Source of the DNA: an uncultured Gemmatimonadaceae bacterium
GTDB lineage: Bacteria > Gemmatimonadota > Gemmatimonadetes > Gemmatimonadales > GWC2-71-9
DNA: 64,000 nucleotides
Reading direction: 5' to 3'
NCBI GenBank assembly: GCA_964641815.1
Contig: CAZXKN010000116.1
Coordinates: 1,889-65,888 of the forward strand
A model generated the notes under the pieces. That model saw only the letters and a program-made list of their open reading frames with translations. It was not told the DNA's origin and ran no database searches. Below are positions 16,814 through 27,138 of the stretch, one piece after another; the first letter of the stretch is position 1, and each line of letters starts with the position of its first letter. The position numbers and the translations under genes are program-made.

Positions 16814-17865
16814 TGAAGGCATTCGTCCTCCGGGCGACCGGAGGAGAGGGACTCGAACACACCGCGCTCGTCGATGTCCCGCCCGCTCCCACGCCGGGTC
16901 CCGGCACAGTGCGCATCGCCATCAAGGCGACAGCGCTCAATCACCTCGATCTCTTCGTCATCCGCGGAATTCCGGGTCTGCCGAAGTCGCTGCCGCACAT
17001 TCTCGGCTCGGACGGGGCGGGTGTCGTGGAATCGGTGGGGGCCGGGGTAACCGCGGTCCGGCCGGGCGAGCGCGTCCTCATCAACCCCGGCATCTCCGAC
17101 TACAGCTGCGAATTCTGCCGCAAGGGCGAGCACAGTCTCTGTGTGCGCTACGGCATTCTGGGAGAGCACTTCCCCGGGACCATGGCGGAGCTCGTGACGG
17201 TGCCTGACCACAATGTCCTGCCGATCCCCGCGACGACCCCGCCCCTCACCTGGTCTGAAGCGGCAGCGTTTTCCCTCGTCACCCTCACGGCCTGGCGCAT
17301 GGTGGTGACCCGCGCGCAGCTGCAAGCGGGCGAGTGGATGCTCGTGTGGGGGATCGGCGGCGGGGTATCGCTCACCGCGCTGCGCATCGCGAGACTCGTG
17401 GGCGCGCGGGTGATCGCCACGTCGTCGAGTGATGCGAAGCTGGCCAGGGCCAGGGAGCTGGGTGCCGAGGTCACGGTGAATCACCGCACGCAGCCGGTGA
17501 CACAGGTCGTGCGCGAGGTTCCCGGGAAGCGCGGCGTGGATGTCGTGGTGGAGAACGTGGGGGAGGTGACGTGGGGCGATTCGCTGCGCTGTCTCGCCAA
17601 GGGCGGGCGGATCGTCACCTGCGGCGGCACGAGCGGGCCGCAGCTCGTGACCGACGTGCGGCCGCTGTTCTGGCATCAATTCACGATCCTCGGCTCGACG
17701 ATGGGGAATGCCGCCGAGTATCGCGAGGTGGTGCGGCGGCTGGGACAAGGGGAGCTGCGTCCGATCATCGATGCCACGGTTCCCCTGGAGCGCGCACGGG
17801 AGGGGTTCGAGCGCCTGGCGCGCGGCGATCAGATTGGGAAAGTGACAGTCGAAATCGGGAACTGA
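16813..17865 (+). CDS. zinc-type alcohol dehydrogenase / quinone oxidoreductase (MDR family)
   Basis: 350 aa with GSDGAGVVESVG, the Rossmann motif VWGIGGGVS, and a typical MDR length and C-terminus. Confidence 0.85.
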   Translation: MKAFVLRATGGEGLEHTALVDVPPAPTPGPGTVRIAIKATALNHLDLFVIRGIPGLPKSLPHILGSDGAGVVESVGAGVTAVRPGERVLINPGISDYSCEFCRKGEHSLCVRYGILGEHFPGTMAELVTVPDHNVLPIPATTPPLTWSEAAAFSLVTLTAWRMVVTRAQLQAGEWMLVWGIGGGVSLTALRIARLVGARVIATSSSDAKLARARELGAEVTVNHRTQPVTQVVREVPGKRGVDVVVENVGEVTWGDSLRCLAKGGRIVTCGGTSGPQLVTDVRPLFWHQFTILGSTMGNAAEYREVVRRLGQGELRPIIDATVPLERAREGFERLARGDQIGKVTVEIGN

Positions 17866-18351
17866 GCCTGCGGGTTGACGAAATCGGCACGAACAACCGG
17901 CCCAAGGGGGCCAACCAACTGTTCGCTTCGCTTGCAGGACGATCGTCCGTGCCGAGCCCGGTCATCGGCGAAGAATCTGAGCCGGCACTGTCAACCAACT
18001 CTCAACTCATCGCTGTTTGTGGTTACCCGGGAGCGTGAGCAGAAGGTCCGCTGCGAACTACTTGGCTGGTAATCACTTGTGCGCCAGCTGCCGGCAGCGC
18101 TCTGCGATTGGTCTTTCAACCACAATTATTCTCATCACAGCCACGCCAGCTCCGAGAAGGGACCGAACGCGGACGATGCACGATCAGATTGACGAGCAGC
18201 GAGGCGCGGTAATACGCCCTCCGAGAGGCTGCGGAACGCGTTGCATTCTTGGTCCTAAGTAATTACTTTTCATCCACTTACGCCGCTTGCCGCGCCCCAT
18301 TTAACCATACACCCAGCTGACGGCGAGTAGCTGAAAGCTGATGGCTCTTCA
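17866..18351. other. 486-bp noncoding tract, less GC-rich and palindrome-rich (possible ncRNA and/or gyrA leader/promoter)
   Basis: Only short, unconvincing ORFs with poor third-position GC. Contains perfect 12-bp palindromes GGACGATCGTCC (17937-17948) and GCTGCCGGCAGC (18087-18098). An 8-bp helix TTGTGGTT (18017-18024) / AACCACAA (18118-18125) encloses ~95 nt with further stems. CAACCAACT is repeated at 17912 and 17992. Confidence 0.6.
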
Positions 18352-20901
18352 ATGACCTCACCGACCCGCGAACGCATCCTGCCCCGGCTCATCGAAGACG
18401 AGCTGAAGGAATCGTTCCTCGACTATTCGATGAGCGTCATCGTGCAGCGCGCGCTGCCCGATGTGCGTGACGGCTTGAAGCCGGTGCACCGGCGCATCCT
18501 GTACGCGATGCACGAGCTGGGACTCCTCCCGGGGCGTCCCTTCAAGAAGAGCGCGACCGTCGTCGGCGACGTGCTCGGCAAGTACCACCCGCACGGCGAT
18601 ATCGCCGTCTACGACTCGCTGGTCCGCATGGTGCAGGACTTCTCGCTGCGCTATCCGCTGATCGACGGGCAGGGAAACTTCGGCTCGGTCGACGGCGATG
18701 CCGCAGCCGCCTACCGCTACACTGAAGCCCGGCTGACGCGCATCGCGATGACGATGCTCGAGGACATCGACAAGAACACCGTCGATTTCATCCCCAATTT
18801 CGACGAGCATCTGCAGGAGCCGACCGTTCTGCCGGCCCGCCTGCCGAATCTGCTGGTCAACGGATCGGCCGGGATCGCGGTCGGGATGGCGACCAACATT
18901 CCGCCCCACAACCTCGGTGAGACGGTCGCAGCGATCACCCACCTGGTCGATCATCCCACGGCGACCATCAAGGATCTGCGCAAGTTCATCAAGGGGCCGG
19001 ACTTCCCCACGGGCGCGATCATCTACGGCCGGGACGGGATCAAAGAATGCTACGAGAAGGGCCGCGGCCGTATCGTCATCCGGGCCCGGGCGACGATCGA
19101 GGAGAAGGAGTCGACGGGGAAGCAGCAGATCGTCGTCACCGAGTTCCCCTACCAGGTCTCCCCCGAACGGGTGATCGAGCAGATCCGCGACCTGGTGCTG
19201 GGCAAGAAGCTCGAGGGGATCAGCGACCTCCGCAATGAATCCGACAAGGACGGCATCCGCGTCCTGATCGAGCTGAAGCGCGACATCGTGCCGATGGTCG
19301 TGCTGAACCAGCTGTACCAGCGCACGCAGATGCAGGTGACGTTCGGAGCGATCATGCTGGCGCTGGTGGACGGCGTGCCGCGCGAGCTGAACCTGAAGGA
19401 GATCCTCGAGAACTTCATCGAGCATCGCCACACCGTCATCGTCCGCCGCACCGAATTCGAGCTGCAGCGCGCCCAGGATCGCGAGCACATCCTGGAAGGG
19501 TTGAAGATCGCTGTCGATCACATCGACGAAGTGGTCCGCATCATCCGCAAGGCCAAGGACGTCCCCGCTGCCGACGCGGCATTGCGCAAGCGCTTCAAGT
19601 TGTCCGAGCGGCAGTCCGCTGAAATCCTCAACATGCGCCTGGCGCGGCTCACGGCCCTCGAAATCACCAAGCTCGAAGACGAATTGAAGGAAGTCCGCAA
19701 GTTCATCAAGGAATGCAAGGAGATTCTCGCCTCCAAGCCGCGGCGCATGAAGATCCTGAAGGAAGAGCTGGCCGAGCTGGGGCACGGCTTCAGCGACGAG
19801 CGGCGCACCGAGATCGTGGCCGACCAGGGCGAGTTCTCGATCGAGGACCTGATCGCCGAAGAGGACATGGTGATCACGGTGTCCCACGGCGGCTACATCA
19901 AGCGTCTCCCCGTCACCTCCTACCGGCGGCAGCGGCGCGGCGGCCGGGGCGTCACCGCCGCCCACGCGAAGGAAGACGACTGGCTCGAGCACCTGTTCAT
20001 CGCCTCGACCCACGACTACGTGATGTTCTTCACCCAGAACGGGCAGTGCTACTGGCTCAAGGTGCACGAGATCGCCCAGGCCGCGCGCGCCGCCCGGGGC
20101 AAGCCGGTGCTCAACTGCATCGCGATCAAGCCCGACGAGCGGGTCGCGGCGCTGGTGCCGGTGCGGGAGTTCTCCGAGGATCAGTTCCTGTTCTTCATCA
20201 CCCGTGAGGGGGTGGTGAAGAAGACGCGGCTCTCCGAGTTCGGCAATCCGCGCTCGGTGGGCATCCGGGCGATCAACATCGAGAAGGGCGATGAGCTGAT
20301 CGACGTGCAGGTGACCGATGGGAAGAACGACGTTGTGCTCGCCACCCGGCACGGGATGAGCATCCGCTTCCACGAGCAGGATGTGCGCGACATGGGACGG
20401 ACCGCCACCGGCGTCTGGGGCGTCGCGCTCGACAAGAGGGACAAGGTGATCGATCTCGTGATCATCCGGCGCGCGTCGACGCTGCTCGCCGTCACCGAGA
20501 AGGGGATGGGCAAGCGCTCGGAGCTCGACGAATACCGCGTGCAGCATCGCGGCGGCCGCGGCATCATCACGCTGAAGCGCAACGACAAAACCGGCGACGT
20601 GGTCGCCCTGAAGGAAGTGCTCCCCGACGACGAGTTGATGATGATCACCAAGAAGGGGATCGTGATCCGCGTCCCGGTCGAAGGCATCCGCATTACGGGC
20701 CGCAACACCCAGGGCGTGAAGGTCATGAACCTCACCCCCGGCGATCTCGTGGTCGATGTGGCGCGTATCGTCAAGGAAGAGGATGGCGAGGGGGACGACG
20801 ACGAGGAGTCCCCGACCCCAAAAGCCGCCCCGCAAGGTCCCCCGAAAGCTCCGCCGCCGAAGGCCGGGCCGTCCAAGGGCAAAGGCAAGAAAAGGAAATG
20901 A
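18352..20901 (+). CDS. gyrA: DNA gyrase subunit A
   Basis: 849 aa with [26 protein letters not shown], the active-site [12 protein letters not shown]-terminal beta-pinwheel repeats and an acidic-then-basic tail. Confidence 0.97.
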   Translation: MTSPTRERILPRLIEDELKESFLDYSMSVIVQRALPDVRDGLKPVHRRILYAMHELGLLPGRPFKKSATVVGDVLGKYHPHGDIAVYDSLVRMVQDFSLRYPLIDGQGNFGSVDGDAAAAYRYTEARLTRIAMTMLEDIDKNTVDFIPNFDEHLQEPTVLPARLPNLLVNGSAGIAVGMATNIPPHNLGETVAAITHLVDHPTATIKDLRKFIKGPDFPTGAIIYGRDGIKECYEKGRGRIVIRARATIEEKESTGKQQIVVTEFPYQVSPERVIEQIRDLVLGKKLEGISDLRNESDKDGIRVLIELKRDIVPMVVLNQLYQRTQMQVTFGAIMLALVDGVPRELNLKEILENFIEHRHTVIVRRTEFELQRAQDREHILEGLKIAVDHIDEVVRIIRKAKDVPAADAALRKRFKLSERQSAEILNMRLARLTALEITKLEDELKEVRKFIKECKEILASKPRRMKILKEELAELGHGFSDERRTEIVADQGEFSIEDLIAEEDMVITVSHGGYIKRLPVTSYRRQRRGGRGVTAAHAKEDDWLEHLFIASTHDYVMFFTQNGQCYWLKVHEIAQAARAARGKPVLNCIAIKPDERVAALVPVREFSEDQFLFFITREGVVKKTRLSEFGNPRSVGIRAINIEKGDELIDVQVTDGKNDVVLATRHGMSIRFHEQDVRDMGRTATGVWGVALDKRDKVIDLVIIRRASTLLAVTEKGMGKRSELDEYRVQHRGGRGIITLKRNDKTGDVVALKEVLPDDELMMITKKGIVIRVPVEGIRITGRNTQGVKVMNLTPGDLVVDVARIVKEEDGEGDDDEESPTPKAAPQGPPKAPPPKAGPSKGKGKKRK

Positions 20902-21851
20902 CCGGAATCGCGGATGCCGACGTCGCCGACGCCGCGCGCGCCCTCGACGGCGTCGCGGTGCGCACCCCACTCGTCTGGGTCGAATCTCTCGGCGCCTGGC
21001 TCAAGCTCGAGAGCCGCCAGCCGATGGGGGCATTCAAGATCCGCGGCGCCTTCAACGCCATCCGCAAGCTCGCCCCCGCGGTGCGCGCGCGGGGGGTCAT
21101 CACCTTTTCCTCGGGGAATCACGGCCAGGCGGTCGCCTATGCGGCGCAACGCTTCGGCGTGCGTGCCGTGGTCGTCATGCCGGAGACCGCGCCGAGCGTC
21201 AAAGTCGACGGCGTGAAGCGCTGGGGTGGTGAGGTCGTCATGGCGGGCCGCACCTCCGAAGACCGCCGCGTGGCTGCGTTGGAGCTCGCCCAGCGCGAGC
21301 AGCTCGCGGTGATCCCGCCGTTCGATCATGCCGACATCATTGCCGGGCAGGCGACGGTCGGCGTCGAGATTGCCGCCGATCTTCCCGACGTCGCGACGGT
21401 GGTGGTGCCCGTCGGCGGGGGCGGGCTGATTTCCGGCGTGGTGCGCGGCCTCGCGGCGGCGGGGAGCCGCGCCCGCGTCGTGGGCGTCGAGCCCGCCGGT
21501 GCGCCCAAACTCACCCGCTCGCTCGCCGCGGGGCACCCCGTCACCCTCGAGCGGACGGCCAGCGTCGCCGATGGACTGATCACCCTGACGGTGGGCGAGT
21601 TGCCGTTTGCCGTGCTCCAGGCGGACGCCGCGCGGCTCGCGGGCGTCGTCACGGTAGAGGATGACAGCATCCGCGAGGCGGTGCGCTTTCTCCACCGCGA
21701 CGCCGGTCTCACTGTCGAGCCGTCGGGAGCGGCGACCACGGCGGCGCTGCGCTCGGGCGCGCTCGACCCGTTCCGCACGCCGCCGCTCGTTCTCGTCGTC
21801 AGCGGCGGCAACGTCGATCCCGCGTTGCTCGAGGAGACTGCCCACACGTGA
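20898..21851 (+). CDS. threonine/serine dehydratase-like PLP enzyme (fold type II)
   Basis: 317 aa with the PLP-lysine motif [16 protein letters not shown] and [10 protein letters not shown]. No C-terminal regulatory domain. ATGA overlap with the gyrA stop. Confidence 0.85.
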   Translation: MTGIADADVADAARALDGVAVRTPLVWVESLGAWLKLESRQPMGAFKIRGAFNAIRKLAPAVRARGVITFSSGNHGQAVAYAAQRFGVRAVVVMPETAPSVKVDGVKRWGGEVVMAGRTSEDRRVAALELAQREQLAVIPPFDHADIIAGQATVGVEIAADLPDVATVVVPVGGGGLISGVVRGLAAAGSRARVVGVEPAGAPKLTRSLAAGHPVTLERTASVADGLITLTVGELPFAVLQADAARLAGVVTVEDDSIREAVRFLHRDAGLTVEPSGAATTAALRSGALDPFRTPPLVLVVSGGNVDPALLEETAHT

Positions 21852-23326
21852 CGGACGCCGGCGCGCCACGAAACTCCTCCGGAAAAATGGCCGCCGTGGG
21901 GCCGCCGAAGATTCTGGTGGTCGACGACCACGAGCCGCTGGCCCAGGCGCTGCAGACGATCCTGGCCCGCGCCGGCTACCAGGTCGTGGTGAGTCCGACC
22001 GGCGAAAACCTGCTGGCGCTGCTCGCCGCCGAACGGCCGCAGCTCATGCTGCTCGACATCATGATGCCGAAGGTGGACGGGCTGACGATGCTGGAGCGGC
22101 TCAAGGAGGACGAGCGCTTCCGCGACCTCCCCGTCCTCATGATGTCGTCGATGGATCCCGAGGACGCGACGGTGCGCTCCCTGGGCCTCGGCGCCTCCGA
22201 CTTTCTTCCCAAGCCGATCCGGCAGCGCGAGCTCCTGGCGCGCGTCGAAGCGCACCTCAAGCTGGGACGGGCCGCCGCCGAGTCGCGCAAGGAAGCATCC
22301 AACCGCGCCGCGATGGTCGAGATCCTGCACGAGATCACCGACTCGCTCAAGCCCGACGAGATCTACAACATCCTGGTGCGGCGCGTGGCGCGGGTGCTCA
22401 ACATCTCCAAGTGCTCCATCGTGCTGGCAAAGCCCGGCGACAAGACCGGCACGGTGGTGTCGTCGTTCGAGAATCCGATGCTGCGCAACCTCGAGATCGA
22501 CCTGGCGCGCTACCCGGAAATCGAAAAGGCGCTGGCCGGGGGCGCCCCGGTCCTCGTGTCGGACGTCTCCACCGACGCCCTGTATGAGAACGAGCGGCGC
22601 CGCTGGCAGTCGGAGCGCATCTCGGTGCCGACGCGATCCGCCGTGGCAGTCCCGTTTTCGATGAAGAATCGCCAGGTCGGCGTCTTCTTCCTTCGGACCA
22701 CGGACCAGGGTGATCCGCTGCAACCCGCGGACGGACGGTTCGCCGAATCGGTGATTCAGACCGCCGTGGCCGCGATCGAAAAGGCGTACGACTTCGAATC
22801 GGCGATGGTCGACAAGCGCCACTTCGAGCAGCTGGCCTCCACCGACGCCCTGACCGGGACGATGAACCGGCGGGCGCTCGCCGAGGCGCTCGCCGCCGAG
22901 CTCGACCGGGCACGCCGCTACAATCTGTATCTCAGCGTGCTGATCGCCGATCTCGACCGCTTCAAGCAGGTCAACGACATCCGCGGGCATCTGGCGGGCG
23001 ACGGCGTGTTACGGCAAGTTGGTGACCTGCTGCGCCATGAGGCCCGGTCGGTCGATCTCATCGCGCGCTACGGCGGGGAAGAGTTCGTCGTGGTGATGCC
23101 GGAGACGACGCTGCGGGGCGCGGCGGTGTTTGCCGAGCGTGTGCGCGGGAAGGTCCAGGCCCGGAACTTCGCCCCCAGCGGGGAGGAGCCGCTCCACCTG
23201 ACGGTGAGTATCGGGCTCGCCGGCTTTCCCGACGAGCGCGTCACCAGCGCCGACAGTTTCCTGGCGCTCGCCGACCAGGCCCTCTACCGCGCCAAGAACG
23301 AGGGCCGCAACCTGGTACGGGAATGA
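21848..23326 (+). CDS. response-regulator receiver + GAF + GGDEF diguanylate cyclase
   Basis: 492 aa. The receiver (ILVVDDHEPL...LLDIMMPKVDG...KP) is followed by a GAF-like middle region. The GGDEF domain carries RYGGEEFVVVMPET. GTGA overlap with the upstream stop; an alternative ATG lies at 21887. Confidence 0.85.
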   Translation: MTDAGAPRNSSGKMAAVGPPKILVVDDHEPLAQALQTILARAGYQVVVSPTGENLLALLAAERPQLMLLDIMMPKVDGLTMLERLKEDERFRDLPVLMMSSMDPEDATVRSLGLGASDFLPKPIRQRELLARVEAHLKLGRAAAESRKEASNRAAMVEILHEITDSLKPDEIYNILVRRVARVLNISKCSIVLAKPGDKTGTVVSSFENPMLRNLEIDLARYPEIEKALAGGAPVLVSDVSTDALYENERRRWQSERISVPTRSAVAVPFSMKNRQVGVFFLRTTDQGDPLQPADGRFAESVIQTAVAAIEKAYDFESAMVDKRHFEQLASTDALTGTMNRRALAEALAAELDRARRYNLYLSVLIADLDRFKQVNDIRGHLAGDGVLRQVGDLLRHEARSVDLIARYGGEEFVVVMPETTLRGAAVFAERVRGKVQARNFAPSGEEPLHLTVSIGLAGFPDERVTSADSFLALADQALYRAKNEGRNLVRE

Positions 23327-24414
23327 GCCAGCGCCGTTGCCCGAAGTGCAAGACCGTCTATCCCGACACCGCCCGCTTCTGCCCCAAGGACGGCTCGATG
23401 CTGGTGGACGTGCAGAGTGCGCCGCCGGCCGCTGCGACGCCGGCCAGCGGCAGCGCCACCTCGGTGCGCACCCCGGTCAAGCCGCAGGCGTCGCTCGATC
23501 GCGCGTCCACCCTCTCCAACCAGCTGCTCGACGCCCGCTACCAGGTGATGAAAAAGCTGGGCGAAGGCGGGATGTCGTACGTCTACCTCGCCAAGGAGAT
23601 CTCGAGCGGCCAGGAAGTGGCGATCAAGGTGCTCTCGCCGAAGCTGGCGAGCGACAAGAGCTCGGTCGAACGACTGCGCCGCGAGGCGGGCCTGGCGATG
23701 CGGCTCGACCACCCCAACGTGTGCCGCATCCTGCGACTCGGCGAATCGGAGGACGGGCTCATCTATCTGGTGATGCCGTTCCTCCACGGCGAGCTGCTCT
23801 CCGACCGGGAGGTGCGCGGCGGGCCGATGGACCTCGCCGTCGGGTTGTCGATCCTGCGGCAGGTCTGCGCCGGGCTGCATCACGCGCACGAGCTGCAGAT
23901 CATTCATCGCGACCTGAAGCCCGAAAACATCATGCTCGTGCCCAACCCGGACGGGTCGGATCGGGCGGTGGTCATGGACTTCGGGCTCGCGAAGGAGCGG
24001 CGCGCCGATCCGTCGATCGCCAAGCTCACCGCCACCGGCATCATCCTCGGCACGCCTGAGTTCATGAGTCCCGAGCAGATCCGCGGCAAGCCGCTCGACG
24101 CCCGCTCCGACGTCTACGCCCTGGGCATCGTGGCCTTCGAGATGTTCAGCGGCAAGCTGCCGTTTCAGGGACGCAACGCGCAGGAGATGATGATCGCCCG
24201 GTTGCGGGGCAGCCCGGTGCCGCTGCGGACCTACCGGCCGGACCTCCCCGCGGGTCTCGAGAAAGCGATCGCGAAGTCGCTCGAGACCAATCCCGACGGC
24301 CGCTTCAGCACGACGCTCGAGTTCGCCGCTGCGCTGTCGGAGAGCGACGGCTCCGGCGGCGGTGGCGGGGGAAGCGGCGGGCTCTTCGGAAAGCTCAAGG
24401 AAAAGCTGAAGTAG
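23323..24414 (+). CDS. Ser/Thr protein kinase with N-terminal zinc ribbon
   Basis: 363 aa. N-terminal CPKCKTVYPDTARFCPKDG. Hanks kinase motifs VAIKVL, HRDLKPENIML, DFGLAK, GTPEFMSPEQ. ATGA overlap with the upstream gene. Confidence 0.9.
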   Translation: MSQRRCPKCKTVYPDTARFCPKDGSMLVDVQSAPPAAATPASGSATSVRTPVKPQASLDRASTLSNQLLDARYQVMKKLGEGGMSYVYLAKEISSGQEVAIKVLSPKLASDKSSVERLRREAGLAMRLDHPNVCRILRLGESEDGLIYLVMPFLHGELLSDREVRGGPMDLAVGLSILRQVCAGLHHAHELQIIHRDLKPENIMLVPNPDGSDRAVVMDFGLAKERRADPSIAKLTATGIILGTPEFMSPEQIRGKPLDARSDVYALGIVAFEMFSGKLPFQGRNAQEMMIARLRGSPVPLRTYRPDLPAGLEKAIAKSLETNPDGRFSTTLEFAAALSESDGSGGGGGGSGGLFGKLKEKLK

Positions 24415-24419
24415 TCGCG

Positions 24420-25511
24420 GTGAAGCGCTTTCCTGCCTTCGATCCACCCGAGTACGTCACCTGGCAGCCCGATCCGGCGCTGACCCGCGCCTACCGTGAA
24501 ACGATCGAGCGGGACCCGGAGCGCCGCGCGCTCGTCGCCACCCTGCAGCAGGACGACCACCGCGCGCTGTACGCCGGATTGCTGCGCACCCGGCTGCACG
24601 ACATCACCCTGAAGCGCTGGGTGCGCACCGGGGTGCTCTCCAAGGCATGGCTCGGCACGGGGGAGGAAGCGGCGACGGTCGGTCCGGTGCACGCCCTCGA
24701 TCGCGCCAGCGACGTTGTCGCCCCGATGATCCGCAACGCCGGCGCCGTGATCGAGATGGGGATGTCGATCGCCGACGCCCTGCGCGCCTACCTCGCCACC
24801 GACGACTCCCCCTCGCGCGGCCGTGACCTGCACGTCGGCAACCTGCGGCAGGGAGTCCTGCAACCCATCTCTCACGTCGGCGACATGGTGCCGGTGATCG
24901 CCGGCATCGCCCTCACGTTCAAGATGAAAGGCGAGCGACGGGTGGCGCTCACGTGGGTCGGGGACGGCTCGACCAAGAGCGCGGCCGCGCACGAGGGGAC
25001 CAACTTCGCGGCGGTGCAGCGGCTGCCGGCGATCTTCATCGTGCAGAACAACCTGGTGGCGCTGGGGACCCGACTCGAGCAGCACCACCTGCCGGGCACC
25101 TTCGAGGATTGGGCGGCATCGTACGGGGTGTGGGGCGCGAGCTGCGACGGCAACAACGTGCTCGATGCCTGGGCGGCGACGCGGCTCGCCGCCGAGCGCT
25201 GCCGCAGCGGGCAGGGACCCGCACTGCTCGTCGCGAACACGTTCCGTATGGGCGGGCACGCCACACACGACGAGCGCGAGGCGCGCGAGACGTTCCCGGC
25301 CACGCTGTTCGCGGAGTGGGGAAACCGCGACCCGATCGGGCAGTACGAGGAATACCTGAAGGGAGCCGGGTGGTCGGGGCAGGAGCTGGAAGCGGTGGAA
25401 ACCGGCGTCACGGCCGAGATCGAGCGGGCGGAGCAGGAGGCGCTCTCCAGCAGGGAACGGATGCCGGCGGAGGAGAGCGCGCTCGTAGGAGTGTATTCGA
25501 ATGGGCGGTAG
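24420..25511 (+). CDS. thiamine-diphosphate-dependent 2-oxoacid dehydrogenase E1 component, alpha subunit
   Basis: 363 aa with TPP motif region WVGDGSTKSAAAHEGTNFAAVQRLPAIFIVQNN and FRMGGHATHDE. No E1-beta gene is adjacent. Confidence 0.8.
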   Translation: MKRFPAFDPPEYVTWQPDPALTRAYRETIERDPERRALVATLQQDDHRALYAGLLRTRLHDITLKRWVRTGVLSKAWLGTGEEAATVGPVHALDRASDVVAPMIRNAGAVIEMGMSIADALRAYLATDDSPSRGRDLHVGNLRQGVLQPISHVGDMVPVIAGIALTFKMKGERRVALTWVGDGSTKSAAAHEGTNFAAVQRLPAIFIVQNNLVALGTRLEQHHLPGTFEDWAASYGVWGASCDGNNVLDAWAATRLAAERCRSGQGPALLVANTFRMGGHATHDEREARETFPATLFAEWGNRDPIGQYEEYLKGAGWSGQELEAVETGVTAEIERAEQEALSSRERMPAEESALVGVYSNGR

Positions 25512-27129
25512 AGGCCTGTCAGTCCTTGTTGCGGTTTGCAGTCTCGTCACGCCATCCGCGGGGCAATCCCCGCGAGTTCAATCCTACGGCTTCTCCCTGT
25601 CATTGCCGGACAACGACGACTCCATATTGCGCGTGACCGCGTGGATCAACTTCGAACCGGGATCGTTCCAGCAAGGGGATACGGCCAAACTCAATCTCGT
25701 TGGTCTGACCGTGGACCGCGTTTTCGAGAGGGGATTGAACGGGTGGGAGCTGGGAAGCCGGATCGAGTTTGGTTATGACGGGAGCCTCCTTCGGGTCCGG
25801 TTACCCGATCCGGCGCGAGCGCGCGGCATCGTTGTCGAGTATCACGGCACCCCACGAGATGGACTCATCATCGGCCGCGACCTGCGGGGAAGGCGCGTCG
25901 TATTTGGGGACAACTGGCCCGAGCGAGCAAGGTTCTGGATTCCTACGGTCGATCATCCAAGTGACAAGGGACAAGTAGCCTTTTCAATCGGCGTTCCAGT
26001 TGGGTCGGGATTACGCGTCGTGGCGAACGGACGGTGGGTCGCCGGGAGCCTGAACGAAACCGACCATGGCCGCCAAGTGGTCACTACCTGGCAAGAAGAC
26101 TCGCCAATTCCCACCTACACCATGGTGCTGGGCGCCGCACATTTCGCCGTCTCCAATCATCGTCCAATTGTTCACGGCCGCGACACGATCCCCATCACCG
26201 TCTGGGCCTACCCCGAGGACTCTGCGTTCGCCGACTCGGGTCCGTTCCGCCGCGTCACGGAGATCGTCGAGACGATGGAGCGGCTCGTCGGCCCGTTTCC
26301 CTACGAGAAGCTGGCGCACGTCGAGTCGTCGACCCGCTACGGCGGCATGGAGAACTCGACGGCGATTTTCTACGCCGAGAAACCGTACGTCGAGCGCACG
26401 ATGCGCGAGGGCGTGGTGCGCCACGAGACGTCGCACCAGTGGTTCGGAGACGCCGTGACCGAGCGCGACTGGGCGCACCTGTGGCTGTCGGAGGGGTTCG
26501 CCAGCTACTTCGACCTCGTGATCGGCGCCGCGCTCGACGGCGATTCGGTGCTCACGGCTGGCCTGACGCGCGATGCCCGCGCCTACTTCGCGTCCAAGGT
26601 GGTCGATCGGCCGCTCGTCGACACCGCCGAACACGATCCGAACAATCTCCTCAACGAAAACAGCTACCAGAAGGGCGCGTGGGTGCTGCATATGTTGCGG
26701 GAGTCGGTCGGCGACTCGGCGTTCTTTCGCGGGATCCGCGAGTACTACCGGGTGTACCGTGACTCGACCGCCCGCTCGAGCGATTTTCAGCGTGTGATGG
26801 AAGGCGCCGCCGGCCGCAGTCTCGACGAGTTTTTTCGGCAATGGCTCTGGCAACCCGGATATCCGCGCCTCGATGTCCGCTGGCGCTTCGAGGCGGCCGA
26901 CCACCGCGTCCGGTTGGAGATCACGCAGTCGCAGCCCGAGGCGTGGGGCATATTTCGTATTCCCGGGCTCGAGGTCGAAGCGGTATCGGCGGCGGGAGTG
27001 GCGACGCGGCGCGTCTATGCGCTCGACGACCGCACGACCATCGCCTACCTCGAGCTCGCTGCTGCGCCGAGCGTGATTCACGTCGATCCCGATCATCGGC
27101 TGCTCGTGCAGACTACCGTGACGCCTTAG
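25501..27129 (+). CDS. M1-family zinc aminopeptidase (aminopeptidase N-like), secreted
   Basis: 542 aa with a signal peptide, exopeptidase motif GGMENS, and zinc site HETSHQWFGD...WLSEGFASY (HExxH-x18-E). Confidence 0.85.
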   Translation: MGGRGLSVLVAVCSLVTPSAGQSPRVQSYGFSLSLPDNDDSILRVTAWINFEPGSFQQGDTAKLNLVGLTVDRVFERGLNGWELGSRIEFGYDGSLLRVRLPDPARARGIVVEYHGTPRDGLIIGRDLRGRRVVFGDNWPERARFWIPTVDHPSDKGQVAFSIGVPVGSGLRVVANGRWVAGSLNETDHGRQVVTTWQEDSPIPTYTMVLGAAHFAVSNHRPIVHGRDTIPITVWAYPEDSAFADSGPFRRVTEIVETMERLVGPFPYEKLAHVESSTRYGGMENSTAIFYAEKPYVERTMREGVVRHETSHQWFGDAVTERDWAHLWLSEGFASYFDLVIGAALDGDSVLTAGLTRDARAYFASKVVDRPLVDTAEHDPNNLLNENSYQKGAWVLHMLRESVGDSAFFRGIREYYRVYRDSTARSSDFQRVMEGAAGRSLDEFFRQWLWQPGYPRLDVRWRFEAADHRVRLEITQSQPEAWGIFRIPGLEVEAVSAAGVATRRVYALDDRTTIAYLELAAAPSVIHVDPDHRLLVQTTVTP

Positions 27130-27138
27130 GAGGCCACA

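Noticed and set aside
14546-16822. 758-aa minus-strand ORF opposite the Big_2/TolB-like gene
   Set aside because: The reasoning is the same. The plus-strand product has a signal peptide and repeated domain signatures, and the antisense frame has none.
17950-17990. RNase P-like strings in the gyrA upstream tract: CCGGGCTC and ACAGTGCCGGCT on the minus strand, resembling the CR-I and CR-V elements
   Set aside because: The two strings simply pair with each other as a local hairpin. Their order is opposite to that in RNase P RNA, and GGAAAGTCC and the other conserved regions are missing. I likewise found no tmRNA ends (GGGG…, TCCACCA) and no SRP GGAA-tetraloop domain.
18017-18125. 8-bp inverted repeat TTGTGGTT…AACCACAA as the termini of a MITE
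   Set aside because: There is no flanking target-site duplication, no second copy in the window and no transposase. I kept it only as a possible RNA helix.
18358-20970. 870-aa minus-strand ORF opposite gyrA
   Set aside because: gyrA on the plus strand is unambiguous. The antisense frame has no motifs and a biased composition.
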